From contig CBDVDH010000016.1 in assembly GCA_965372715.1 (NCBI GenBank), positions 1,744-65,743 on the forward strand: a stretch of DNA of 64,000 nucleotides, written 5' to 3'. Below are positions 18,382-28,206 of the stretch, piece after piece. A program made the translations under genes and the position numbers. Positions within the stretch are counted from its first letter, which is position 1. Each line of letters starts with the position of its first letter. This DNA is from an uncultured bacterium. Lineage in GTDB: Bacteria > B130-G9. The notes under the pieces were generated by a model. The model ran no database searches. It was not told the origin of the DNA and was given only the letters and a program-made list of their open reading frames with translations.

Positions 18382-20517
18382 TCAGGGCAACGCAACGCAG
18401 CGGTCAATCTCATGCATCCCAAGGAGCAGGCGCAGTTGGGTTGCGCTTGGAGGAGATGGGCGCGGGAGCGTCGCAATGGCCTGCGATTCGCCACGAATTA
18501 GACCTGAGGTCTGAACAAGGTCTGCCTGCCGAATCGGCAGGCTGGCGGCGCCGGCAATAACCCTTACGCTGACCTCCCCCGGGTCCCCCGCCAGCAGCCA
18601 GAGCGGCTCTTGATCCAGACGAACAGTCGCCTCAGTGCCTTGAATCCGAGCTGACAGCTGAAGCTCAACTGGACGACCACTTGCTGTGAACTCCAGCTGC
18701 ACGGTTGCCTGGGATGCCGGTGTCCTCAGCTGGAGATCGAGCTTGTCAATTAGCATCGAATCAACCTCGGGCTTCAGGCGCAATTGACTCGCACCCGGAG
18801 TTGCAGCAACAGCCCGGGCGTGTATCACGTCGGAGGACAGTCGGCTATAAGACTCCAGCCGTTTAAGAACGCGGTCAGCCAGTGCAGGGTCTTGCACAGC
18901 CCTTTGACCGTCATACCGGAGTGCTAAGACTGTCTCGTTCGGCAGGATCGCTTTGTGCTGGAAGCTTCTGACCCAGTCCCTAAAAGAAAGTGCTTGCACG
19001 CTCTTGCCATATTCGGCGCGGACAGGAATGTTGATCTGCATGGCCGGAGAGAAGGGATCGTCAATCGACATGCTCTCCGGCAAGACTATTAGCATCAAAA
19101 CATTGTCCGGGATGGTCGGCTGCGCTGCGACGACTGCCCTGGGGATCTGCTCGACGTTCTTAGATTCGGTCAGAAACATCCCGAAGACCTTAAGGAAACC
19201 ACCAGTATAGAAGCCGATGATCAGCACGAGCACTGCGGCGGATAGAAACCTAAGCGGGGCCATAGAGAGCTTGGGAAGCAAGCTCTTTGTGATCGCGCAT
19301 CTTGCTCCCATAGCAATCACGGCAACTGTCGCAGCGTAGAATCGATAATGATATTCCAGGTTTTCCCCGAAGAACAGCTCGGCCCAGCCCATGTTCAGAA
19401 GCTCGAAGACCCAATAGCCAATCGCAATCACTGTTAACCATTCTAGCAGGACAGCTGGGGGCCGCCGCCTCTTGGGGTCGAGAATGCCGCCTAGACACAA
19501 GGAAAGATGACTAAGCAGACCGGCCATACCAAACGAGGCCAGGTAAACACGTCCTGGCTGAACGTAAGACTGAGCGTAGTTGAGAACCGGCGTGATTGCT
19601 ACCCACAGCAGTAGAAACAATGTGAATCGCCACTTCGCTCTACAGCCAAAACAAAGCAGCAAAACAGCCGCTAAGCAGAGCGCAGGCGACAGCTGTAGTG
19701 GCCGGATGATCCCATAGACAATTGGTATCACTTTCTCTGCTGCCGTCGCCGCAGTCAAGCCCTTGGCGGCAGTTAGGTATGCGCCCGCCGCACTGTCCAC
19801 CGTCACGAACTGATAGGACCTCAACCCCAAATACATGACGGAAATGATCCAAAGAGGTAGATGAGCTCTGATCAGGCGTTTCTTGAGCGCAACATATCCT
19901 CCGCCCAGGCCCCAAAGCAGCTCGTATGCAATCAGCATGGGAATGACCAGGATGGTCTCTGGATACGTCAGCAGCCCGGCTAAGTAAGCCATGGAGGCCA
20001 CAAGGCTCTTGAGCCAGGATGCCTTTTTGCGGAAACTCGGCCCAGCAAGCCAAAGCGTCAACATTAAAAAGAAGACCGAATACAAGTTCTGTGCTGCCAT
20101 CTGAAAGACCGTTCCAACGTGACTCGTCATAATGGTGAAGATTACTGCGCCAACGGCAGCGGTAAGGGAGCTTTGGGACAAAGCGTCCAGGATTAAGAAC
20201 GCCAGAACGCAGGTGGCAGCGTAGATCGCAAACCTGATCGCTCGAGGTATCAGAGGGTTGGTCCCGAACAAGTGATGTTGGCCAACTATCAACGCCTGCA
20301 GCATGGGCCTGTAGAAGCCGTCTATTTGTGGCTTCAGCAAAGCACCGAACATTGAAACGCCCCAGTCTTGTGGCGTTATCCTGTTCATAGATTCGCCTAA
20401 GTAGTACGCGCCAAGCCCGGGGCCGGTTAGCAGCAGCGCGAGCAAAACCAATCCAACAACGAACCAGCGCCTTGCCTTAAGATTCTCGGACAGTTTGTTA
20501 TCTGGCCAAAGCTGCAT
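18382..20517 (-). CDS. Multi-pass membrane protein, GT-C-fold glycosyltransferase-like (PMT/ArnT-like), with a C-terminal extracytoplasmic domain
   Basis: N-terminal TM, loop with FYRP motif, then 10 or more TM helices and a soluble C-terminal region. Confidence 0.6.
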   Translation of the reverse strand: MQLWPDNKLSENLKARRWFVVGLVLLALLLTGPGLGAYYLGESMNRITPQDWGVSMFGALLKPQIDGFYRPMLQALIVGQHHLFGTNPLIPRAIRFAIYAATCVLAFLILDALSQSSLTAAVGAVIFTIMTSHVGTVFQMAAQNLYSVFFLMLTLWLAGPSFRKKASWLKSLVASMAYLAGLLTYPETILVIPMLIAYELLWGLGGGYVALKKRLIRAHLPLWIISVMYLGLRSYQFVTVDSAAGAYLTAAKGLTAATAAEKVIPIVYGIIRPLQLSPALCLAAVLLLCFGCRAKWRFTLFLLLWVAITPVLNYAQSYVQPGRVYLASFGMAGLLSHLSLCLGGILDPKRRRPPAVLLEWLTVIAIGYWVFELLNMGWAELFFGENLEYHYRFYAATVAVIAMGARCAITKSLLPKLSMAPLRFLSAAVLVLIIGFYTGGFLKVFGMFLTESKNVEQIPRAVVAAQPTIPDNVLMLIVLPESMSIDDPFSPAMQINIPVRAEYGKSVQALSFRDWVRSFQHKAILPNETVLALRYDGQRAVQDPALADRVLKRLESYSRLSSDVIHARAVAATPGASQLRLKPEVDSMLIDKLDLQLRTPASQATVQLEFTASGRPVELQLSARIQGTEATVRLDQEPLWLLAGDPGEVSVRVIAGAASLPIRQADLVQTSGLIRGESQAIATLPRPSPPSATQLRLLLGMHEIDRCVALP

Positions 20518-20728
20518 CGGCCGCCCTCCAAGCTGGCGATGTTTTGCGGTTCTGCGGGGCACGAATTATCTGTCGCGGCAGAGTCTCGGTTATGGGACAG
20601 TGTGTTGTCAAGGTGGATTCGGCGGGGCAGACCTCCCCACTGATGCGTGTTATGCTCTTGCTGGGCCCCGGCCAGCCGCCTCAACAGCCGCTCAAATGCC
20701 GGCAGGCCTGCCCACGCAGCACGTCGGG

Positions 20729-20983
20729 ATGCAAATCCAATTGCATTCAATCTACGAAATCCGAGAGGGGAACAGTCTGACGAGGTTGACATTTACGCCG
20801 TGGAGGCCTGACGAGGACCCAGTCTGTTCTCCCGGCGAGGCAGGAATCGCCTTCAAGAAGGCAACGTTGGGAAGCGGCGCGCCGGAAGATGAGATGGAGC
20901 TGTTTGTCATGGCCGAAGGCCCCGACGGCAGGCTTTGGTTCGCTACCTCTGGCGGCGTAGGCGGATTCAGTCCCGATTACTGA
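20729..20983 (+). pseudogene. Fragment carrying one two-component-regulator propeller repeat
   Basis: MAEGPDGRLWFATSGGVGGF matches the repeats in 55984..58521; only 84 aa and no signal peptide. Confidence 0.4.
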
Positions 20984-21302
20984 TATCGCTCACTGAATTG
21001 TCGCGCTCCTCAGCCGGCCGCCCTGCTCCCCGGTATGGCCGCGTTGCCGCTTATACGAACCGAAGCGCCAAAGGCGGGCAGTGTGGGAGCTTCTCGGGAA
21101 TGCCAGGCTCTTTTCAGGAAACAGGAGGGCACGCCCGATGTAACAAAGTACCCACGGGCCAGCATCCTGCGACTCCCTATGCCACACCGTTAGACTGTAA
21201 ACTGAATGCACATCCAACCCTGGCGCCGGTTGCAATCGGCTGAGGCGGGGATATTATACCTGAACCTGAATATGTTGGATTTCGGCACACGAGGATGACT
21301 AC

Positions 21303-22790
21303 ATGACGGCTGCTCAGCAGGCTGATGTGCTTTTTGTGACGTGTAGCTACTCTAGGGAAGAGGCGCGGACGCGGCAGATCATCAAGACATACACGCCGCC
21401 ACTTGGGCTGGCTTCGCTGGCAGCATACCTGCTCGAGCGCGGCGTTTCCGCCAGAATCGTTGACGCCCTGGCGCTCGAACTCTCGTCCGAGGATGTGCTT
21501 GAGCGGATCGCCGCAATCAAACCCAAGGTCATCGGGCTTACGTCAATCACGCCGCTTTTTGAAGCGAACCGCCGGCTCGCGGGGCTGATAAGGTCGCGCT
21601 TCCCTGAGGTTCTTATCGTCTTGGGCGGCCATCATGCGGCAACGTTCAAGGAAGAGATTCTGAAAGAGGCGCCGGAATTTGACGTTGTCGTTTATCCTGA
21701 GGGCGAGATACCGCTCTTGTCGCTCGTCGAGGCTCTTGCGGCTGCCGATTGGGACAAGGATGCGTTCTTGTCGAATGAGAGGGGTTTATCGGCGATTCCC
21801 GGAATAGCGTTTCGGACTAATTCGGGGGGCCCGGTTGTCACCGAGAGGCCTCCTCTCATCACGGACCTGGATACGCTTCCGTTCCCCGCGCGGCATCTGC
21901 TGCCCATGGAGAGGTATGTGCCTCTTCCCCACCAGTACAGCCGTCTCCCGGCGATCCACGTGATGGGGAGCAGGGGCTGCCCTTACAGCTGCGCATACTG
22001 CAACAACACCGCGGTCATGGGCACTAAGCTGCGGCTCAGGACGCCGGAGAACATCGTCAAAGAAATCGACGAGGTCAAGCGCGGCTATGGCGCAAGGGAG
22101 ATATTCTTCTGGGACGACACGATTACGGCCAATAAAAAATGGCTGCACGAGCTCTGCGACATTCTGATCGCCGAGAAAATGGACGTCACCTGGTCCGCGG
22201 CTACAAGGGTTGATATCGTCGATCCCGATATGCTAGCGATGATGAGGCGTTCCGGGTGTTGGCGGCTTTTCTATGGCGTCGAGTCAGGTGTTCAGGAGCT
22301 TTTGGACCTTCTCGATAAGAACACGACTCTCAGGCAGGCTAAAGACGCTGTCAGATGGACCAACGACGCGGGCATTGAGACAACGGCTTCGTTCATGATC
22401 GCTCTTCCTTCAGAGACGCCTGAGTTGGCGAGGGAGACGATCAGATTCGCCCTTGAGATAAAGCCCACTTACGCGGACTTCCACGTTACGACCCCGTTCC
22501 CCGGAACCAAGATCTTCAAGGAGGCCCACAAATACGGAAGACTGAACATGGACTTCTCCCGCTACGACTGCTATGAACCCGTCTTCGTGCCGTTTGGCTA
22601 CCGCGACGAAGAAGAGATCCGAAAGATGCTCTCGCTTGCCAAGCGCTCATTCTACTTCAGGCCATCATACGCGCTTAAGAAACTCGCGAAGGTCCGGTCA
22701 TTCGGCGATATTCATCGGATTTGGAGGGGATTTGTGACGCTGCTGGCGTTCCTTTCCAGAAGTAAGCGATTTCAGAGGCGCCCCGATTGA
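21303..22790 (+). CDS. B12-binding-domain radical SAM protein
   Basis: PPLGLASLAAYL, GGHHA, EGE in the B12 domain; SRGCPYSCAYC cluster motif; GVESG. Confidence 0.92.
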   Translation: MTAAQQADVLFVTCSYSREEARTRQIIKTYTPPLGLASLAAYLLERGVSARIVDALALELSSEDVLERIAAIKPKVIGLTSITPLFEANRRLAGLIRSRFPEVLIVLGGHHAATFKEEILKEAPEFDVVVYPEGEIPLLSLVEALAAADWDKDAFLSNERGLSAIPGIAFRTNSGGPVVTERPPLITDLDTLPFPARHLLPMERYVPLPHQYSRLPAIHVMGSRGCPYSCAYCNNTAVMGTKLRLRTPENIVKEIDEVKRGYGAREIFFWDDTITANKKWLHELCDILIAEKMDVTWSAATRVDIVDPDMLAMMRRSGCWRLFYGVESGVQELLDLLDKNTTLRQAKDAVRWTNDAGIETTASFMIALPSETPELARETIRFALEIKPTYADFHVTTPFPGTKIFKEAHKYGRLNMDFSRYDCYEPVFVPFGYRDEEEIRKMLSLAKRSFYFRPSYALKKLAKVRSFGDIHRIWRGFVTLLAFLSRSKRFQRRPD

Positions 22791-23989
22791 GACGAGGCTA
22801 TATGCTCGACAATCACGCCGCAAGGGCTGCCTATCACTTGACGAAGGCTGTGCTTACGAGGCGCCAGCCGGTTTACGTCATCTATGAAGTGACTGACCGC
22901 TGCAACCTAAGGTGCAGGATGTGCAGCGTCTGGCGGCGCGCCAATAGGGCGGATGAGCTTAATCTTAGCCAAATCGAGGTGCTGGCAAGCCGCCTTCGTG
23001 ACATGGGCGTGGTGATTGTAAGTCTCAGCGGTGGCGAGCCCCTTATGCGTGAGGACCTCCCCGAGATCGTTAGTGTTTTTAGAAGCAAGGGATTGATCAC
23101 TCGGCTGATGACCAACGCTGTTGATGCGGATGAGGGCAAAATAAGAGCTGTCGTTGACGCGGGTATCCATTCGGTCTCGATCTCGCTAAACACGCTATTC
23201 CCGGAGGAGGAGGCACATATCTGTCGCGGCGACAACGGCCTATGGGAGAGGGTTGTTTCTAATATGGTTCTGTTCTCAAACGTCATGGGCAGACGCGGCT
23301 CTCTGCTCGTAATGTCCGTCTGCGTGTCCTCGATGAACGTCGATCAGCTCCCCTTTCTCGAGGAGTTCGCCTCGTTTCTTGGGTTTCGTGCGAACTTCAT
23401 GCCGACCGAGCTTGCGGCGCGGAGGGGCCCCGGTCTCAGGTTCTCGGACTACGCCCCCGAGCTAGGTCTTTGCACGCCCGAACGGATGGTGTTCATCGAC
23501 TCGATGAACACGCTTCTGAAGCGCAAACGAAGAGGCACCATCCTCAATTCGACCCGCTTCCTGCGCGAGATGCGGGAATTCGTGCTTCGCAACGGCCATC
23601 ATTCGGGGCTGTGCGACGCTGGGACTCTCTACTTCACGGTTGACCCGGCCGGCAGATACTCGATATGCCACGAGTTCGAGCCCCATGACTCGCTCTTGGC
23701 GCCCGGGTTCATCTCGCGATTCGAATCGCCTCAGTTCCAGGAACGCTGGGCGAAGCTCAGGCGCAGCTGTGCCGGCTGCATGCATCCATGCTGGATGGAG
23801 GTTACTCACCTGTTTCGGTCGTTGATACCGATGTTTGAGGGCGTTCTGCATTACGCTGGCAACTACCGCAAGAGGAGATTCATTGAGTTCAGGGAGGCGC
23901 TTGAATTCGCTGCCCAGCTCCGAGAGCGCCTCGGTCGGGGGCCCCGCGTATCCGCCAGGCAACCCGGACGCGGGAGCAACGAAGCATGA
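22787..23989 (+). CDS. Radical SAM protein with SPASM/twitch-like domain
   Basis: CNLRCRMC, SGGEPL; C-terminal CDAG...ICH...CAGCMHPC; 4-nt overlaps with both neighbours. Confidence 0.88.
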   Translation: MRRGYMLDNHAARAAYHLTKAVLTRRQPVYVIYEVTDRCNLRCRMCSVWRRANRADELNLSQIEVLASRLRDMGVVIVSLSGGEPLMREDLPEIVSVFRSKGLITRLMTNAVDADEGKIRAVVDAGIHSVSISLNTLFPEEEAHICRGDNGLWERVVSNMVLFSNVMGRRGSLLVMSVCVSSMNVDQLPFLEEFASFLGFRANFMPTELAARRGPGLRFSDYAPELGLCTPERMVFIDSMNTLLKRKRRGTILNSTRFLREMREFVLRNGHHSGLCDAGTLYFTVDPAGRYSICHEFEPHDSLLAPGFISRFESPQFQERWAKLRRSCAGCMHPCWMEVTHLFRSLIPMFEGVLHYAGNYRKRRFIEFREALEFAAQLRERLGRGPRVSARQPGRGSNEA

Positions 23990-25383
23990 GACTCGCGCTG
24001 ATCAACCCCGGTAAGACCGGAACAAACACGGCGATACCCCTGGGGCTAGCTTCTATGGCTGCGTTCGCTCGAGACCACGGTCACGAGGTCTTTGTCAAGG
24101 ACATGGAAGTCGAGCCCGACGGACTTGATGAGTTCCTTCTCAGAAACCAGCCAGAGGTCGTCGGCGTGAGTGTCCTCACCTACCCGTATCTTATGGTACA
24201 GAACATCATCAGGATGATACGCAAGACTCTGCCTGGGTGCACAATCGTGATGGGCGGCGCTCACGTTACCGCCGTCGGGGCTGAGTCGCTCGAGGACACC
24301 CCGGAAGCCGATCTGGCTGTGTTAGGGGAGGGAGAGCTCACGCTCCTCGATATCCTTGAGGGAAAGGACCTCTGCGAGATACTCGGTCTGTGTTATAGGG
24401 ATAATGAGAAGGTGGTCGTGAACCCGCCAAGGCCGCGAATAGAAGACCTGGACAAGCTCCCAATGCCTGCGTGGGACCTCTTTCCGGTCTTGAAGTATCG
24501 AATAAACCTACCGTATGGCAGGACCAAGTATTTTATGGCGCTGAATACCTCACGTGGGTGCCCATTCCGCTGCGCTTACTGCAGCCAGCCTCTGGGTTAT
24601 GCCTTCAAAGGGTTGAGCGCAGAGAGGGTCATCGCCCAGATCAAGGACGTTCAAAGGCGTTATGGGATCAAAGAAGTCCACTTTTACGACGACACCTTCA
24701 CGATAAACAGGAAAAGGACTGTCGAGCTGTGTGACCAGCTGATCAGAGAGAAGATCAAGCTGAAGTGGTCCTGTACTGCCCGCGTCGAGCTCGTTGACCT
24801 CGAGTTGCTGCACAAGGTGAAGGCCGCGGGGTGTTGGCTAATCGCGCTTGGCGTAGAGAGCGGCAACCAGGAGATGCTCGACAGAATCGAGAAGGGATAC
24901 ACACTACAAGACGTTCGCAACGCGTTTAAGTGGGCAAGGGAGGCCGGGCTTAGAAGGTCCGCGTTCTTTATGCTCGGGCTCCCCGGCGAAACAAGGGAAA
25001 CTATTAAGCAGAGCATCGCCCTGGCCAAGGAGCTGAAACCCGATTACATTGCTTGGTCGATCACCGTGGTTCTGCCCGGCACCACGATGAAGAAGATCTT
25101 TGAGAAAAGTGCGAAAAGAATCTACGCCGCGCCAGCCGACGCCCTTGTTTGGCGCCCCCTTCGCTGGAACAACCGATATGTCGAGTTTGCGGAGGAGAAT
25201 CTGACCCATCAGGAGCTCACCGACGAGCTCGACAGAATAAGTAAGATGTTCTATCTGAATCCCTGGTTCATGATAAAGGAGTTCCTCCGGATAAGAACGT
25301 GGCGCGAGTTCGTGCAAGTCTTTGGCACCGGGCGCAATATAATGACCAGTCTGCTGGGACGCAGACAGGACAAGTCAGAGTAG
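23986..25383 (+). CDS. B12-binding-domain radical SAM protein
   Basis: IPLGLASMAA, GGAHVT, GEGE, TSRGCPFRCAYC, GVESG. Confidence 0.92.
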   Translation: MRLALINPGKTGTNTAIPLGLASMAAFARDHGHEVFVKDMEVEPDGLDEFLLRNQPEVVGVSVLTYPYLMVQNIIRMIRKTLPGCTIVMGGAHVTAVGAESLEDTPEADLAVLGEGELTLLDILEGKDLCEILGLCYRDNEKVVVNPPRPRIEDLDKLPMPAWDLFPVLKYRINLPYGRTKYFMALNTSRGCPFRCAYCSQPLGYAFKGLSAERVIAQIKDVQRRYGIKEVHFYDDTFTINRKRTVELCDQLIREKIKLKWSCTARVELVDLELLHKVKAAGCWLIALGVESGNQEMLDRIEKGYTLQDVRNAFKWAREAGLRRSAFFMLGLPGETRETIKQSIALAKELKPDYIAWSITVVLPGTTMKKIFEKSAKRIYAAPADALVWRPLRWNNRYVEFAEENLTHQELTDELDRISKMFYLNPWFMIKEFLRIRTWREFVQVFGTGRNIMTSLLGRRQDKSE

Positions 25384-25904
25384 GGCCGCATCAGCGGGCC
25401 TCGCCGGTGATTTGGGTCCGCACGCCCGTCTTGTGGTTGAGAGTCAGCTTTGGTGGCGCTCATGAATCACCCTATTGCCCAATGATCGGCTAAATGCTAG
25501 TTTTGCATGTCAGGTTATTGGACACTTTTCGCTACCCGCAGAGAGTACCGCCACGCCTCAAGGCGCCCACAACATCTTGTCGGCCGCAGATTCAGAGGCT
25601 CGCTTCACCGCAATATAACCCAATTCTGGCGCATCCCGTCTCAACATATAGAGATTAACTGGCGCTCTGGCATGAATACTGCGTTATGTTAGGTCAACGC
25701 AAGGAGTAAATGGGTTGTCAGACAGCAGCAAGCCAGACTATAGTTGAGAGCCTTCTGATCCAGCCCCTTACTTGAGACCCATTTCTCCGTAGTGATTTAC
25801 GAGGCGTCGGACGGGTACTCACACGAGCAGCCGGATGATCAGCCTCGTCCCTCCAAAGACGCTGGATCGGGGTTCTCAACCTACATGTCTGGTTATTCTT
25901 TTTG

Positions 25905-25938
25905 GTGGACGCCCAGGATTAGTGGACGCCCAGGATTA
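25905..25938. repeat. Exact 17-bp tandem duplication
   Basis: GTGGACGCCCAGGATTA twice, head to tail, intergenic. Confidence 0.85.
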
Positions 25939-26031
25939 GATGAAGTCCCGTAACCTGTTGACCCGTCTTTGACGAGAAACAACCGACGGGGCAATAGACT
26001 AGCCCCATTATTCATAAACTGCGGATGGGAT

Positions 26032-26055
26032 GTGGGGCGGGCTTTCCAGCCTGCC
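26032..26055 (+). repeat. GTGG-type REP-like palindrome
   Basis: GTGGGGCGGGCTTTCCAGCCTGCC: GGCGGGCT/AGCCTGCC stem with a TTCC loop. Confidence 0.6.
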
Positions 26056-26281
26056 TTTTATAGCGATTGCTGCATCCATCACACGGAACACTCGCGCGCG
26101 AGAGACCTCAGTCTTTTGCAGGCTGGAAGAGGCTGGGTCACACCCATGTGACTCACGGCCTTGAATTATTCCGGCTAACAAGAAGCAGAAGAAGGCGTTC
26201 TCCGGCCCAGATGAGATATAGGCCGCGGCCCGCCTCCGATTGTCCATTTCGTATGGCGAGAAAACGGGGTCTGTGAGGTCC

Positions 26282-27988
26282 CTACTCCACGGGGTAGTGG
26301 AAGCCGAGGTCCACCTGACCAGCGTCGGGCCAGCCGTCGGCCCGCGTTGTATAACTCGAGAGCCCCGCGTCGGCCGCTGAAACGCTTCCGGCGTCTATGC
26401 AGCTGCTCGTGGGGTCAAGGTAGTAACGGCCAAGCGGTCCGGACACAAAAAGCGGGTCCTCGTGGATGTTGCCAACGCCATGATCGTCGGGGTCTCCGAT
26501 ACAACAATACGTGGCAGTGCAGTTCCAGAGCTCATCGCCATTACCCCAGATGATGCAGTTCTGAATCGTTGGCGGCTCCATGTAGTTCACGATGCCGAAT
26601 CCGTCATTTGAGCCGATTGTGCAGTTGGATATAACTGCCGTGGAGCCCCAACACCAGATTCCAGAGGCGCCGTAGTAGGATGCTCTGTTTCCAGTTATCA
26701 GGTTATTCGCTATCGTCGGGCCGCTGTCCGGGAAACAGGCTATGCCGAAGCCCTCGTTGTCAGTGACCTTGTTGTTCGCGATCACAGAGTCGCTTTTCTC
26801 GGCGGTGCAGATGCCTCCTACAAGGCCGGAGTTCCCGTTGCATTCGTTTTCTGTTATCTCCGGTGAACTCTCGAGGCAATAGATGGCGCCTACGCCGCGT
26901 GAGGAGTTGTCGTGAAAAGTGTTGCCGGATATCGCGGGGGAGCTTTGGAAGCAGTAGATGCCACCCGCCAGGCCGTCATCGCCTGAGACAGAATTGCCGG
27001 AGATCTCGTTGTGGTCGATCGAGCCTGAAGCCGCGAAAACGTATATACCGCCGACAAGTCCAGACCCGCTCGTTGCAGCGTTGCCGGTTATGACGTTCCC
27101 GGAGATCACCGGTGAGCCGCCTTGGATGTAAACCCCGGCGGCATAGGCGGCCTCGCCAGTCGCAACGTTCTCTGCAATCGTGTTGTCTTCGATCACGGGA
27201 GAGCTTTCAAAGGCGTAGATACATCCGACCTTGTCGCCCTCATTCTCACTTATCGTGTTGCCGACGATTTGAGGCGAGGCGTTGACGATGAATATCCCAC
27301 CCCCAAAACCCAGCCGCCCGGTCGCCGTGTTGCCAACGATTGTGTTGTGCCGGAGAATGGGGGAGTTGCTCAGGCAGTATATGGCCGCACCTGAATCGGC
27401 TGTGTTCCCTGTTATGATGTTGTTTTCCACAGTCACAAAGCTGCCGCTGCAAGCGATCCCTCCGCCGTTTATGCCGTTGCCACCGGTTATCGTAAATCCT
27501 TCCAGCCTTGCGTCTCGCACGCCGCTTACGTTGATCACGGTCGATGACTCCTGCGCATCGAGAACCGTTCCCTCCGCCCCCTGGCCAACAAGCGAAACCC
27601 AGCTCTTCATGTTCAGTGGGAAGCTCTCGCCATTTTGTGAGGCCGAGTAGGTCGAGGCGGCAACGTGAATAGTGACTGGTGCGGTTTCTGCACCTGTAAC
27701 AGCGGCAAGCGAGTGCGTAATGGTCTTGAACGGCGCGTCGGCAGTTCCGAGGTTTGCGTCGTCGCCGTGCTCACCGTCAACAAAGACATCGGCGGTCATG
27801 CCGACACGGGATTTCAGCACTGGAAGTGCCGTCCGAACCAAGTCACATCTCGCATACGCCCCCCCATCGGTCCGTATTGAGACCATCTGTTCAGCGAGCG
27901 CCGAAAGCGGCAAAAGGATTCCCAAAAGGAATGCCACGCATAGGGCCATTGCCGGACGAGCTCCACGGAGCAAACCGATTCTCCTCAT
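26282..27988 (-). CDS. Secreted right-handed parallel beta-helix protein (DUF1565-like N-terminus)
   Basis: Signal peptide; VFVDGEHGDD...APFKTITHSL; repeated I.NN.I.GN...GGI.C...SP units; C-terminal GPLG.YYL...CIDAG...VDLGFHYP. Confidence 0.85.
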   Translation of the reverse strand: MRRIGLLRGARPAMALCVAFLLGILLPLSALAEQMVSIRTDGGAYARCDLVRTALPVLKSRVGMTADVFVDGEHGDDANLGTADAPFKTITHSLAAVTGAETAPVTIHVAASTYSASQNGESFPLNMKSWVSLVGQGAEGTVLDAQESSTVINVSGVRDARLEGFTITGGNGINGGGIACSGSFVTVENNIITGNTADSGAAIYCLSNSPILRHNTIVGNTATGRLGFGGGIFIVNASPQIVGNTISENEGDKVGCIYAFESSPVIEDNTIAENVATGEAAYAAGVYIQGGSPVISGNVITGNAATSGSGLVGGIYVFAASGSIDHNEISGNSVSGDDGLAGGIYCFQSSPAISGNTFHDNSSRGVGAIYCLESSPEITENECNGNSGLVGGICTAEKSDSVIANNKVTDNEGFGIACFPDSGPTIANNLITGNRASYYGASGIWCWGSTAVISNCTIGSNDGFGIVNYMEPPTIQNCIIWGNGDELWNCTATYCCIGDPDDHGVGNIHEDPLFVSGPLGRYYLDPTSSCIDAGSVSAADAGLSSYTTRADGWPDAGQVDLGFHYPVE

Positions 27989-28206
27989 TCTCTTACCTCC
28001 TCGAGTTGTGAGCGCAACAATGCCTGCCACAAATAATAACAAGAGACGAGGGATAGTGCAAGCAATAGTCACGCTTGTGCAATGCAAGGGGCTGTTGGGC
28101 GAAACTAAGTGTGTCGTTCCCAGAGTCGCCAATGACCTTTAACAGAGAACAATATGGGTTATACTGCGTTGCCGAGCTAGTAGTTCACTAAGAATGGAGA
28201 CTTCTC

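Noticed and set aside
20935-21243. Small ORFs (20935..21243 + and 20990..21235 -) as RiPP precursors for the radical SAM cluster
   Set aside because: No good RBS, no leader/core pattern, and no PqqD/RRE domain, peptidase or exporter in the cluster.
25905-25938. Possible CRISPR or att site
   Set aside because: Two adjacent copies without a spacer; no integrase or tRNA nearby.
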